A DNA stretch of 63,644 nt, filler included, from Phoronis australis (GCA_002633005.1; 8 parts of 8 records of this genome joined end to end with filler, not necessarily neighbours in it); one strand, 5' to 3'. Shown: positions 26,444 to 40,499, counted from the whole stretch's first letter. Numbers and translations: made by a program. The notes: generated by a model not told the origin, from the letters alone.

Positions 26444-26986
26444 GTGCGGGGAACATTTTGTGACAACATCGTTGCATGTTTTAGTGTTGATCAATAAACG
26501 AAAACCTACAACAAGTTGTTTGTATGTCGTACACACACCTTCCTGTTTCGGCTTCATTCTATACTACTTTTGGGGACGTCTCTGATTAATTGTGTGTGAA
26601 ATCATTTTCTAAAACGAGACTTATACAACGTTCACATATATAAGCTTACCGTCAGATCAGAAGGCAAATCTGTCGTGAGAAAAAATCACGTGCAAATCCT
26701 CATAAAATGTCTGATCTGTTCTCTCTGCCTTAAATCGTCCGCACCCAAATGGGGCCGGAGAAGGATGTTGAAATACCTTCTTTTACAGTGAGAACATAAG
26801 CTATATTCCAATGACAGAACTTGTGGCAAGACTTCGTTCACCCATGGTGACTGGCCAGAATATTGGTATTCTGCACATACAATGATATAAATCGTAAGAC
26901 CCCTGCCGATATAAGAACCCTTTTTGATCGCTCGTTTGAACGGGAGATTTCCTCTATGTCGTCTTTTTGATCAGATATACGATATT

Positions 26987-27143
26987 CAGTGCTGTAGTGG
27001 TAAAATTAGAGGTAAGATAGGCGCCCAAAGCCCACCGCATCACCTTGAGCACTGAACGTAACTTACGGTGCGTAGGCGCTACGTTCAAATGCCAAAAGGT
27101 GGTTAGCTGCGCCTACGTGCGCCTACACTCCGTTACAGCACTG
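26987..27143. mobile_element. 157-bp hAT-type MITE with 8-bp TSD
   Basis: TIR cagtgctgta/tacagcactg, with perfect ACGATATT duplication at 26979-26986 and 27144-27151. Confidence 0.9.
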
Positions 27144-27969
27144 ACGATATTTGTCTTGCTCTAGAATTTTTACGAAAGTGGTAACAAAATCAGGATTACT
27201 TATTGGCAGTGTTTCTCGTATGCGTTTCTACAAAACAACCTTCAGAACAAAAACTTAAATGACAACCCAGCTCACGACGCAAGCACAAATTCTAAAAATG
27301 TCGTCACTGCGCCATCTTATGTCCGATTTCTACCATAACAATATACCTCATTGCATGCGTTCGGTAGTGCATGTTCTCACAATCAAACAGTATATCATGA
27401 CACAGCAACATACAAGGCAAAATTCCATTTCGCCAAGTAAAAAAATAAAAATACAGATGCACGATTTTGACGAAAACCCCTACGACAGGGGTAATAATTC
27501 AAATTGCTATCACGTGGGAAACATTTGGCTTTTCACACGGCACCGGAGTGACCAAAGCGCCAGCGTCTTTGATAATATTTTCGTGACAGTACTATTGGCA
27601 ACGGACTGATTTTAACAGTTCTATTGATTACGGTAGGATTTTTGCTGAATTTGTTTCAAAGAGATTGTTCACTAGCTGATATACAAAGTTTATTTAGAGA
27701 CGAATTTTTCAAAATGAAATCAAGCTACAAAAGGCATACTAGATGAATGGAATGTGACGAACTTCAACACAAAAACTCGTGAGCGATTTTTATCATTCTG
27801 AAACGTTTGACATCATCGACTGAAAAACTTGTTGTTTCAAACGAATAAATACATTCATCAAATATATGATGAAGCCGAAGACTTTTTCGGCCAAGGTCAA
27901 ATGTTACGACAGGCATTTCCTACATGAACCATAATACACATCGACTTTTAATATTTCATTTCAGCCATC

Positions 27970-30445
27970 ATGAGTTACCAAAGTAACTTAGTGCTCTTCG
28001 TATGCCTCTTGATAGTCCACGTGACCCCTTCGTTTCCATGTCATACAGGTTGCAAGTGCACCAAGCAGTCTACAAAGTACTGGTGCAATGGTTTGAAGAA
28101 GATTCCCACCAAATTCAACACCACCGTGCTGGAGTTCATATGTAAAAATTGTCACCTGGGAAAAGTCACGGCAGATGATCTAGTCGGGCTAACAAACGCC
28201 ACGCTCGTTTCTTTAATTGGATCGGAAATAACAGAAGTCGAACCTTATGCGTTTTCTGCGCTGAAGAACTTAAGAGAGGTCGACTTGGATGGGAATCGTC
28301 TTAAAGTGTTGGACGGTCGTTCATTTGTTGGATGCGACAGGTTGAATAATTTTTATGCCAGTGCAAACGACATCGACAACATTGAATACGGGTTGGGAAT
28401 GTTGAACAGTTTGAAAAACCTGATGTTGAGAGGAAACAAACTTAAAGAAATTCCACGATTTTTCATGACCGCAAATTTCCCACTCTTAGATTACATCAAT
28501 CTAAATGACAACGGCATCCAAGAAGTCAAGCCTTACGCATTCTACGGTCTTCCGGCTCTGACTTATCTCGAGCTGAACAGAAACAAAATCCGCAAAGTTC
28601 ACGAAAATGCCTTTGAAAGAGTCACCAAGCTGCAGAGTCTGGAAATGACGGACAATGAAATAGAAGCCCTCCCTGATGACACGTGCAAATCGCTACAGAA
28701 CCTTCACGATGTTTACTTCGGAAAAAATAGGATTTCCGTCATCAAGTATGGTTTCTTTCAATATTGCAGGAGTGTTGAATATTTGGATTTGACAGGCATG
28801 AAAACGGGTGTATCCATTATCGAAAAGAGCGCTTTTGTAGGATTATCTAACTTAAAAGCTTTAACATTAAGTCGTAATGGGTTAGTTTTAAACGACGGGT
28901 CGGTACTTAACAGCTTGAAGAACCTCACAGAGTTATATCTGTGGGGTAATAACCTTACAGACATTCCACAGGGCATGGACCTTCCAGTCTTGGAAATTTT
29001 AGGCGTATCCGATAATAAAATATCTAAATTGTCTGCACTTAACCTTCCAAAACTTCGAACACTTTATGCTGCAAATAATGAATTAACACATCTTCCTGAT
29101 AATCTTAATCTGNAACAGTTTGAAAAACCTGATGTTGACAGGAAACAAACTTAAAGAAATTCCACGATTTTTCATGACCGCAAATTTCCGACTCTTAGAT
29201 TACATCAATCTAAATGACAACGGCATCCAAGAAGTCAAGCCTTACGCATTCTACGGTCTTCCGGCTCTGACTTATCTCGAGCTGAAAAGAAACAAAATCC
29301 GCAAAGTTCACAAAAATGCCTTTGAAAGAGTCACCAAGCTGCAAACTCTGGAAATGAGGGACAATGAACTAGAAGCCCTCCCTGATGACACGTGCAAATC
29401 GCTACAGAATCTTCACGATGTTTACTTCGGAAAAAATAGGATTTCCGTTATCAAGTATAGTTTCTTTCAATATTGCAGGAGTGTTGAATATTTGGATTTG
29501 ACAGGCATGAAAACGGGTGTATCCGTTATCGAAAAGAGCGCTTTTGTAGGATTATCTAACTTAAAAGCTTTAACATTAAGTCGTAATGGGTTAGTTTTAA
29601 ACGACGGGTCGGTACTTAACAGCTTGAAGAACCTCACAGAGTTATATCTGTGGGGTAATAATCTTACAGACATTCCACAGGGCATGGACCTTCCAGTCTT
29701 GGAGATTTTAGGCGTATCCGATAATAAAATATCTAAATTGTCTTCACTTAACCTTCCAAAACTTCGAACACTTTATGCTGCAAATAATGAATTAACACAT
29801 CTTCCTGATAATCTTAATCTGTACAACTCAAACGAACTCTCGAATGTCGATCTGAGCGGAAATAAGTTGACAAAAATATTTCCTTCCTCGTTAGCTAACT
29901 TCCCCCTAACTCGTCTCAATATTATGAGTAACCAAATTGCTAAGTTTGCAGAGGCAGATTTAAAATCAATGTTCTCTAAAATAAAGAACCTCTATATCAA
30001 CGGCAACCCTATTCACTGCAACTGTGAAGCAAAATGGCTAAATTCAGTGACCTGGGCTTACTGTTTTACTCCACACACAAAGGCATTACGATATGCAGTC
30101 TTCAATTGTGTTAAACCATCAGTGGTTTCCAACGAAACTAAAATCTGGACAAACGGTGAAAATATTCACTTGTTATGCAAAGCTACTGGAGACCCCATCC
30201 CGGATATTTACTGGGAAGGTGTTTCTATTGCAAATGGCCAAATCAAGAAATACAAAATTTCCCCTAATAACAGCAACACCACCGTGGCACGTGGCAGATT
30301 TGGACCAGTCCAAGGCATGTATCACACAGTCCATGAAATCTTGGCGCGAGCAAGTGTACCGGGAATCGCTCTGGCTTTCACGTGTAAGGCTGGAAATGTT
30401 GCCGGCAATGCCTCGATCACTTTGCCTCTAACAACTTATGTTTAA
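27970..30445 (+). CDS. Secreted LRR + Ig-domain protein, paralog C (588 aa once the 709-nt assembly overlap is removed)
   Basis: ORFs 27970-29154 and 29120-30445 join via duplicated 28405-29112 / 29114-29821 around an 'n' at 29113. Removing 709 nt gives a 1767-nt open frame collinear with paralog B. AATAAA at 30563. Confidence 0.88.
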
Positions 30446-32433
30446 AATATGTCTTTTTCATTACTGTATGCGTGTGCATTGCCCATAACACTAATTTCAA
30501 AATGCGTTTGCCCAAGCGTTTCCTATATAAGCGCATGCGCGTAAAAGCTCCACATATCGTGCAATAAACGAGTGCAGAACGAAGCAAGACGAGCCAATAT
30601 CGATATTTGACGACACGATACGATATTCCGACGACATTTTCACGATATTTGTTTGTTAGAAGAAAAGTATAAGTAACATTTATTCGAATAATTAAACCAC
30701 AGATAAGTTACAAAAAACTAAGAAATAGGTAAAAGTTGATGAACACAATTTCTAGATTATCGTCTTAGTTACCGGTACTTTCTAAAACGATATTTTCCGG
30801 TATTCCAAGAAATAGTTTTTTCTTCAGTACCATGTATCGGTATGCAGCCCATTGGTTCAGCCTTTGTCACTATATGAGGAGGGTGCGAAGGAATAAACAC
30901 ATTATTTTGGTACAGTCGCCGACTCCTACTAAGTATCGAAGCATTAGACTGGAAGTTTCTTATTTCGCCCATTTTAGTACTTTTCATTCGAACAATTTTA
31001 ATTAATTAAAAAAAAATAACTTCAATACACGTTATCGTTAAACTATTTTGTAACGGATAATCCAAATCACCGTCAAATGTTACCTAAAGGCTTAGCTCCT
31101 TAGTATAACTCAAGAGTTTCAAGCATAGACACATGTGTCTAGTTGCGGACAGGATACAACTTCACTTATAAGGAACGCATGGGCCTTAAATGCATACAGG
31201 TATACAGTATAATAGAAAATAACATATTGATGACAGGTATTACGAGATGGAGTGTACAAATCTAATTTGAAAGAAGCCGTTGTGTAAGCCACTTAGTTTT
31301 AAATTTGATTTCTTTAGGCCTAAGATAATAACATATGAAATAAGAATTAATTTCGTTATATTTACGTTGATATTTTAGAAGGCGTTCACTTGGTGTTACA
31401 ACTTCTGGTGTCAAGATAGCGGGGCGTTTATTCGGAAAATTTCCTCTTAAAAGCTCACTAAGCGTCAACCTTTAGTCACAAGTTCAGTTTTGTGGAGTAT
31501 CTATCATTTAGAAAAACGAAATTGCTGGCGAATTATGCATTTATTAACATAAAATTTAAAAAATTCATTTTAAGTAGAAAATGTCAAAGTCAGGAAACCT
31601 ATGATTTTTCATTCATACGCCCCCTTTTCCGAATAAACGCCCGGGCGTTTATTTGGTGTTACTAAAAGGTCTGAAATTTTTCATTTCCGAATACACGCCC
31701 ATGGGTTGATAAAGAAAAAGTTTGAGACCAATTTCATAACTGTGAAGTAGTTTAAATCAAAATTTGTTTTTGTGCTGTAAGTTGGGTTTGAAACCGCTTT
31801 AAGCTATATTCGTATTATATGCATAGATTGTTTTAAAGCGTTATTGAAATTAACATTTGCCATTTAATTACTATGTGTAATTGCTTATAGACCAGATTGT
31901 GAAAATTGACCGTTGGTCCTATCGAGTTGAAGAAATAAAATATGCAAAAGGCTACATTCTCTTCGTGGACGTGCCTCAGTATATACGTCGTGTACTGTTA
32001 CCCTCTTAATGTTGCAACGGCCCATTACGTACACGTAGTAAATGGGATAGAGATGGTCCTCTTCAGGTACTGAGTAAAAGATCGATGCGATCGAGTTGGA
32101 AGAGTGATAGAAATCGGACATCCATGGTATACGTTGTAAAGGTAAAGTTATAATGGTCGTCATGTTACTAGTCAACTTGTTATATACGCATTTAAATTAC
32201 GAGAATATGCGTGGGACGTTTTACATTAGATACCTATGTCATTTTGGTTCCCTCTCCATCCCCACACAACATCAATGTCATCTTCAGACAGTAGTGTTTC
32301 CTGCCCTCTCTTCGGACGCTTCGCCATCCTGGTTCCAGAGTCAGATTCCACCCTATCGACATTTCAACCCTCTTGTCGCAAGTTCCAAGGTCAAGGTTCA
32401 TACGAGAGTCCAGTTTGGAGAAAGTGCACGTTA

Positions 32434-32510
32434 TTAAAGGCGAAGACAACCTTTTTCCATGTCATTTTGAGCTAAAATAAGGTTGGTTGGTTATCCTAGA
32501 CATATTTTCC
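32434..32510. repeat. TTAA-AGG-starting repeat terminus, inverted copy at 18511-18586
   Basis: ttaaaggcgaagacaacc...ctagacatattttc is the near-exact reverse complement of 18511-18586. Both copies abut contig ends. Confidence 0.7.
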
Positions 32511-32511
32511 N

Positions 32512-33223
32512 AGATTATCGTCTTAGTTACCGGTACTTTCTAAAACGATATTTTCCGGTATTCCAAGAAATAGTTTTTTCTTCAGTATCATGTATCGGTA
32601 TGCAGCCCATTGGTTCAACCTTTGTCACTACATGAGGAGGGTGCGGAGGAATAAACACATTATTTTGGTACAGTCGCCGACTCCTAATAAGTATCGAAGC
32701 ATTAGACTGGAAGTTTCTTATTTCGCCCATTTTAGTACTTTTCATTCGAACAATTTTAATTAATTTTAAAAAAAATTAACTTCAATACACGTTATCGTTA
32801 AACTATTTTGTAACGGATAATCCAAATCCCCGTCAAATGTTACCTAAAAGTTTAGCTCCTTAGTATAACTCAAGAGTTTCAAGCATAGACACATGTGTCT
32901 ACTTGCGGACAGGATACAACTTCACTTATAAGGAACGCATGGGCCTTATGCATACAGGTATACAGTATAATAGAAAATAACATATTGATGACAGGTATTC
33001 CGAGATGGAGTGTACAAATCTAATTTGAAAGAAGCCGTTGTGTAAGCCACTTAGTTTTAAATTTGATTTCTGTAGGCCTAAGATAATAACATATGAAATA
33101 AGAATTAATTTCGTTATATTTACGTTGACATTTTAGAAGGCGTTTATTTGGTGTTACAACTTCTGGTGTCAAGATAGCGGGGCGTTTATTCGGAAAATTT
33201 CCTCTTAAAAGCTCACTAAGCGT
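32512..33223 (+). repeat. Near-identical duplicate of 30754-31465 (probable haplotype redundancy)
   Basis: Starts directly after the 'n' at 32511, ends at a gap, and differs by scattered SNPs and small indels. Confidence 0.85.
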
Positions 33224-35149
33224 NNNNNNNNNNNNNNNNNNNNNNNNNNNNNNNNNNNNNNNNNNNNTTAATTAATTAANNNNNNNNNNNNNNNNNNNNN
33301 NNNNNNNNNNNNNNNNNNNNNNNACTGTACCTCCCCCACCCCCTCCCCCACTTCCAGCACAGATAAGTCGTTGGACAGCAGGCACTTTTCAAACATTTAT
33401 TACAATTTCACTTTCAAATTTATCACATGAATAATGAAATGACAATCATGATTGATGTAACACAGAAATGGTATTAACTGTAACAAGCAGACCCACTGCT
33501 ATCATTGGTTTTCTTATAAACAGTTTCTACATCTACTGACAAATGGTTCATGAACAGAGACAAACATTGGCATTGGTAGGTATTGCACTCCCTATATGTG
33601 TTCTACATTTTTAAAGCCTTGTAATAGTCTCGAGCTCAGACTCTATCAGCATATGCGCCTTTGTAGATCTCTGACATCTGGTTCTTGTTTGGTCGATCAA
33701 GAGGGTCAACAGGTGTATTCAAATCGATTGAACACAAAAAGTCTTAACAACCGTAATTGGAAAGTCATAATCATGATGATAAACGGACATTAAACTAGTG
33801 AGCGCAGTGCCTAATGCTAACATGTCACTGCAGCACTACAGTTAGTTTTGCATGGGCACAGTAGTGCACTCAATTTTTGTATCACGTAAAGGATATACAA
33901 AAAAGGAACAATGTTCAATTAAATGTAAATGAACAGCAATTAAATAAGTATTTGCCTTAGAAAAATTACAGAAATTTAGAGAAATTACAGACAATTCAAA
34001 TAATGAAATATGCATACAAATTGAATCAAATCGTAGCTTAGCATAAATTGCAAAAAAGACCTCAATTTCAAGACCAGTCTTAGACCGACACTGGACTCTA
34101 GACGAAGGAGTAACATGCAAGGAAATCAAAGGACTCCATTAAAGTGTTATCTTTAACCCTTATCCTGCCCTAGGCGAGGTCAGCCGACATGCCAATTATC
34201 CTATTAAAATGCGTTGGGTGTACTCAATCGACTATAATAAGTTACAGCTGGGCTGCGCTAGGAGAGTGCACTCACCCCAGGACACTTGTGATTTTCATTC
34301 AGAAATTGTAAGAGCCCTGGAATGTTGTTTAGATATGTGACCATGAGCATTCCATACTTCACAGTTTCCTCTACTGTTCTCCAATNTTAAACCATATGGC
34401 TGTGATTACTAGTTTGGGAGATATTGGCAGGTTTATGTAAGTGTAGACACATAGTTTCATTACATGGCTGGAGCCATACGGGAGAGGATGACAGTGGATC
34501 AGTTTCCTTCCACCAAGGCTATGATAAAGACTTACACATGGTGAAAATCTCCATTAAATTCTGCACAAGTTTTGTATTGACTTCTTTTCTGTTAATTTAA
34601 TATTTCTCTTTCAAATTTCCAATTTAAAATTGTTAGGTCATTTGTCTAGGTGACCTCCACAACAGCTAACAGTGTAAAGCAGTAGTGGTGACCTACATAG
34701 CTCAGCACACAGGGAAAGTAGTCTGAATAGAGGCACAGCAGGATAAGGGTTAAATGAACTAGTGCATAAGAAGTGCGCAGGCTCGCCTCACAGTCGATAG
34801 TGCTATGAAAGAAACATTTTAATTTCCTCAAGGCGCCACTTGTTTCACCCAGTCCATTAAGTACTGCACATTTTAAAGAAGAAGAGTAAACCTGCGCTCC
34901 ATCGAAAACTAATTTTGATATAGACCACTTGTCACTGTAAAATTGATCTAGACATGTTCTTTCTAAGTATTAACGTTTTCTTGCAAAGAACTGACAAAAG
35001 TTCGTCATACCTCGAGACCACGTCTTGCAAATAAAATAAGACGCAGTGGCAAGTGTGTAAAGAAGAAATCTTCCAATAATTCAATCTGCCTGTTTGTTTC
35101 AGAAAGACAGACTATTAAACCTGTATGAACTAACAATGTTAACCAGGCA

Positions 35150-35345
35150 GGTTATGTGTCCATGAAGTAGTAGGTTACGGTGTCTATTGTAGGCACGGCA
35201 AATCTCCAGCAGATGTTGAGGAGTCTCAGCATCCAAGCCACAGTTGGGACACAATGAACATGCCATGTAGCCTGTAATGTTACCATGCCCAGCTAGGTTG
35301 CAGTGTCCAGTAATAACTTGGACCAGCTGCCTTATAGCAGGCCTA
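35150..35345 (-). mobile_element. Non-LTR retrotransposon ORF2 C-terminal fragment
   Basis: Minus strand reads IRQLVQVITGHCNLAGH...LCPNCGLDAETPQHLLEIC (TGH motif plus C-terminal zinc knuckle). Confidence 0.55.
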
Positions 35346-37326
35346 TCTAAACATAACAGTTTCTTTGAACCCTTTGGTTCAATAGGAGTTGGAAAAGTGT
35401 GTAGAGTCGGGACTAAAGCAAGAACAAGTTGTCAGTTCTGCGCATGCCCACAACCTACTTTAACTAAGGACCAATCAGAGACCAGTTCCATAAGGGCATG
35501 TGGTCTAAGTCAAAAATTCGTTCTTTGGGACAAAAGATGGGTTTTTAGTCTCTTTAAGGATATACACCACCTGTGTTCTACCCCATTCTACGCAGTATAG
35601 CACAAAAAAGTAATCTGACAAAATACCGTTTCCCCCTGATGACGGCTAACTCAAAAAATCACTGGAAAATTCTAATTACAGAATGGCTTGGTCATCTAGC
35701 TAAATTTCCTGTTAATTCACCTTCATTATCGGTCATGAGCAAAGGCTGATCTGAAGAAAAATTCGGTTTCCACCCAGCCGTTATGATGGGAATTAATCGT
35801 CATTTTGTCTGAATACTTTTGGCCACCACTGTACTCCCAACACTGTACTTCCATCCACTGCCAATATCCCAAGTGTTGTAGAACTGGCAAATGCCGGCCA
35901 TTACTTGCGCCAGTACTGAAAGAAAAAGTAACAAATTTACAAACATGGCCGATGTATTACTATGTCCTGGGTAGTAGTAGGACATAACATTTTGAGAACC
36001 AGTTTGATGCCCATTATTCAGTGGAGNNNNNNNNNNNNNNNNNNNNNNNNNNNNNNNNNNNNNNNNNNNNTTAATTAATTAANNNNNNNNNNNNNNNNNN
36101 NNNNNNNNNNNNNNNNNNNNNNNNNNGATTGTCACCAAGTTGCCAACCCACTTTGTTAAAACATTTACCATACATACATTTATGTAGCTTCTGACAAAAT
36201 AACTTTTCTCTTTAAACATTGAAGTAAGGTGTAGACTAGACCCAATGTCACTTTCACCTAAAAATGTCTCAGTCCAACATACACATTGTGGAGAGTAATT
36301 GCTTCTAACGAGCAAAACGAGGTTTACAAGCACACAACATAAGAAAGTAGAATCGTCTTGAGTTGAAACAAAATCAAACATTCAGCATCTAGCTGTTACA
36401 GAACTTACAAAACACACAGTTTTGTGAACAACCAGTTAAGCTACAGAAAACAGAAGTCATCAAAATAAACTGGACAATGTTGAAATTCGATGAAACTTGG
36501 ACGCTCGAAATTAAACTATCTAACCTACAACTCGTTTCAGTTTTGGCTAAATCGCAACAAAATCTTAATAGGCGGTGCTGCATGCACTTCCCAGCAAGTC
36601 TTTTTAAAAATAAACAATTAGTGGCCGGGTCAATACTGTGTCTGAAGACCTATAAAAACAATATTTTATCATAAGAATTGGGCTAAACTGAAAATTAGGT
36701 CTTGTCAAAAGCTTGTCCATGCTTGGCAGAGTTCTAGCCAAGTCTGTCCAGTTCATTATGAAAACATTCCTCAATACTAAGATACTACAGCATGAATTTT
36801 CCCGCAATGAAACAATACAGTGACCTCAGACAAGGAAATATACAGTTTGGCTGCCCTAAAAACACATTTTTGTTTCCCCTCACTTTGTCCTCGTCCTTTT
36901 GAGATGGGTACAGGTACGTAACATGATTATTTGCCTTGTTCATGGTGTTGTAGCACTTTGTTCATAAAGTTAAACAGTTTAATGTTCCTTTTGCCAGATT
37001 ACAAGTGAAGTGTTTTGGGTAGCACACGTACTATTCTGTCAGTGATGTGAGGGGAGTCAAACAATAATGTTTATACAGGCCAAAATATCTCAAAGCCTGT
37101 CACACAAAGCCCAATCTCAATGTGATCTCGAAAATAGAAAAAACATGAGTGTGAACTACCTGATCACAATATGAACTGGAATGGTGTCACATGTGTATTT
37201 GCAGCCAGTTTTAGCAAGACCTTAAGATAGTCTCGAGAGTTGTTAGAATGAACTTTGTGTGACAGAGTTTTAAGAGAAACAGTGCGAAAGAAGACTGCCT
37301 AAAGCGCAGGGAATATTAGCAAAGGT

Positions 37327-37409
37327 GGCCACGGCTATCTGGCCGTGGCTATCTGGCCGTGGCTATCTGGCCGTGGCTATCTCGCCGTGGCTATCTGGCC
37401 ATGGCTATC
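37327..37409. repeat. 14-bp tandem repeat (GGCCGTGGCTATCT) x6
   Basis: Six directly readable units with few substitutions. Confidence 0.95.
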
Positions 37410-40400
37410 GTTTGGTGTTATTGTACAAGCCTCTAGCTGACTTATAATTAGAGACTGCCTGGTACTGCAACTGATNGCAACAGACAACAGGGGGAGCAAC
37501 TTGAGTGCAGGGGGAAACAACGGTAACCGCTAGCACGACGGCGCTGGGAGGGACTGTACATGAGGAAAGTGCAACCGGGACTTCAGGGAGGCAGGTGTTA
37601 GTGCCTCCTATACTGATCTGACACATTTTTTACTTCTTTTGTTGACAAACGACACAGAGATCAATTCTGCTGAGATAACTTAAGTGGTCGAATTTTTGCC
37701 ATTGAATTGTATTATCTGGCGTAAGTAGGTGGAGGCCTTTTTTAAGAAAATTTCAATTGAGTTTTGACCCAATGAACACATTTCTAATCTCAGAACAAAA
37801 TGATCAAAACTGAGAATTTTTATGTTGAAAGACAAGCAGAATATAAGATTTCCAAAACCTGTAATTTATTTAAACCATGTAGCACCCTTTCAGCAGACAT
37901 CTATTGGTAAATACATGTGCTCCCACTGATCTGAGGTGTGAGCAGTGACATAAGTATCCAAATGAGATACACACAAAGGTAGGCCCTCCCACAGCCATCA
38001 CCAGCAACACAAACACACATAACACATAAGCACAGAGAGCAGACAGAATGCAGATATATACAGTCTAGTCAGGGGGACAGACTTTACATCAAGCAAGCAG
38101 TGGAGGAAAGGATGCACATTGAATCAGGGTATTGAAACAATTCAGAGGTGGGACCTAAGGACAATTACAATACACTTCATGGAGATGTTACTTAACAGGA
38201 GGCATCGTGGGAGTGGCCAGAAGTGTGCAGGGGGGGGGAGGGGGGGACAAGAGGCGCCCAGCTGAACAGCAAATAAAATCCTACATCAGCCGTATAGAGC
38301 ATGCAGGACAATCACAGATGAACCATAACAACAACCTACAGATATGTTTCCGGCATGGACTTTGATAATTGCCCATAGTGTTAATACAGTTTGTTTACAA
38401 TCGCGAGTCCTATCCCTGGATTTTGCTAGGAAACCAATGCTGCATTATGGATGACGAGTCCATAGGAACATAACTGTTAGGAAGTGAAAATAATTATGCT
38501 TTCATGCGATCCAATTTCGGTAAAATGTGNNNNNNNNNNNNNNNNNNNNNNNNNNNNNNNNNNNNNNNNNNNNTTAATTAATTAANNNNNNNNNNNNNNN
38601 NNNNNNNNNNNNNNNNNNNNNNNNNNNNNCCGGTTGAAGGTCACCCGAGGCCTGACTGAGGCTGAAGTTCGTTCGATAGGACATTGGATTCGATCAGCAC
38701 TGTAGTGACTACGCGTTGCCTAGATAAATACACGAGGTCGTACTCGTTTTGCGTTCCGTCTCGAGGTTCCGGGAACTCGATTGGAGGCAGACACATTGCT
38801 TATTTTTAAGTTACGACAGGCGGTTCTCTGTTGTCTAGTATTTAACTCTGGCCCACACATTGCCAGGTAGGTAGAATGTCTTGTTCACTTTTTGTAATAC
38901 ATAACATTTTTCGTACATGTACATGAATTTCAATGCATTGTCAGTACTGGTGGAACTAAATCCCGAAGCGCTACACATTACATAGGGGAGGTGCGACAAA
39001 CTCGCGACTATCTAGTTAACCGAGATTTGTATAATAATCAAGCTTTTGTTTACTCTTGAATTCGTTTTCAGTTCTACATTTTTAGAAATAATTTTAATCT
39101 CGTGTTCTGTCTCTTCAAAAAATTGTACTTCTTCCACCTCATTTAACTTACAAGCAATGGCGAGAGATATTGGTAAGCAAAGCAGTCACAAATGGATTTC
39201 CGTGGAAAAAATACCCTGTCCAGATGACCTGAGAGCAGCTTAACAATCATTTACAGATTTCTAATGATGAACGTGCAATGTACCATCGATCATAAAGTTT
39301 GCGTATCGTGCAAAGAAATAATCGCCATCGTGCGCAAATTCAACTGCTATACGTGATGTCCACGTCTTTCCTTTAGAGCAGATAGAATGTGAGAGGGACA
39401 CAGTTTACATTTACATCAAATCAGGCAATGGAATTATATGAATGAGTGGCCAGAAGAACGCAAATCCCTCTAATAGTTGAGCGCCACCAAATACTTTGAA
39501 ATTAAATAATGTTTAATAAGAGTAAAAATAATTCTATGTAACAGCTGGAAACCACGGAATGACAAACGACTCAAAAGAGTGCAATGGAGTACAAAGACAG
39601 TTTATTTCCTGAAAATTAGACTGAACCCTACCAGGAAACAGCTCGGTTAAAATCCCCATTGATTTTCACATAAGATTACCACTGTAAATCACTGTGAACA
39701 GGCATAACGATATATATTATTGCATTGCCATTGGTAAGTAAAAGGTATACATGTTTAAATAGAGACACAAATCTCTATAAGCTGAGTTTGTCGATTTTGT
39801 CCGTTGCATTAGTTCATGAAATACAGTTGCTAATTAATTGGCATTTTAAAAATACACTTCATTTAAATTAAAATCATCATAAAACGGATTTAACGCAAGT
39901 TAATTCATCCATTTGAAACCTAAGCCCAAATAATGTTCTAAAACACAACACCAAATGCTTTCAAACTTATCTGAATTTAATATGAATAGCGCAGTTTAAT
40001 TTTTATTTCTGATGTTGTATCCAACCCTAAAATTGCAACCATAGTTAGTGGCAGCAGACTCAAGCATTATGGGTACCCACTCAACTGCTTCCATATGTAT
40101 TTAAGTTTCTGTGTAAGCCCGACCTGATATTTTAATACTTACTATGGAAAATAATATCAAAATAAGACAAACGCGAACAGCGTGAAAGATACGAAATGTC
40201 TACAGATTTATGTGACATAATTTGACTGGCGAAGACCATAGTTTGTTAAAAATCCGTAAATATAAATGTTATATTTTCGTACACGTTTGAATTAAAGAAC
40301 ATCAAACAAAGAGATTAGAGGTAAACAATGCAAGGTGTTCTAACTCTTTACACACACATACATGTACGCACACGCACGAACGCACACGCGTCCCTTTAAC

Positions 40401-40499
40401 ACACCCACCCACTTTAGGTAGGATGTTGTCAAGAATAAGTTAAGGTTAAGAAGTTTCTCCACGTTGCTGGTATTCATATTAATTGCCATTATTTGATAA

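Noticed and set aside
20639-29685. Antisense ORFs within the LRR genes
   Set aside because: Shadow frames of the coding strand with no independent features.
27970-30445. Two separate overlapping LRR genes, or a VLR-like cassette rearrangement
   Set aside because: The duplication is centred on a single 'n' like other joins (32511, 56667, 57299), and removing it restores a paralog-length ORF. No flanking isolated LRR cassettes were seen.
30769-32745. Duplicated 72-aa ORF (MKSTKMGEIR...)
   Set aside because: Arises from the redundant haplotype copy; no recognisable domain.
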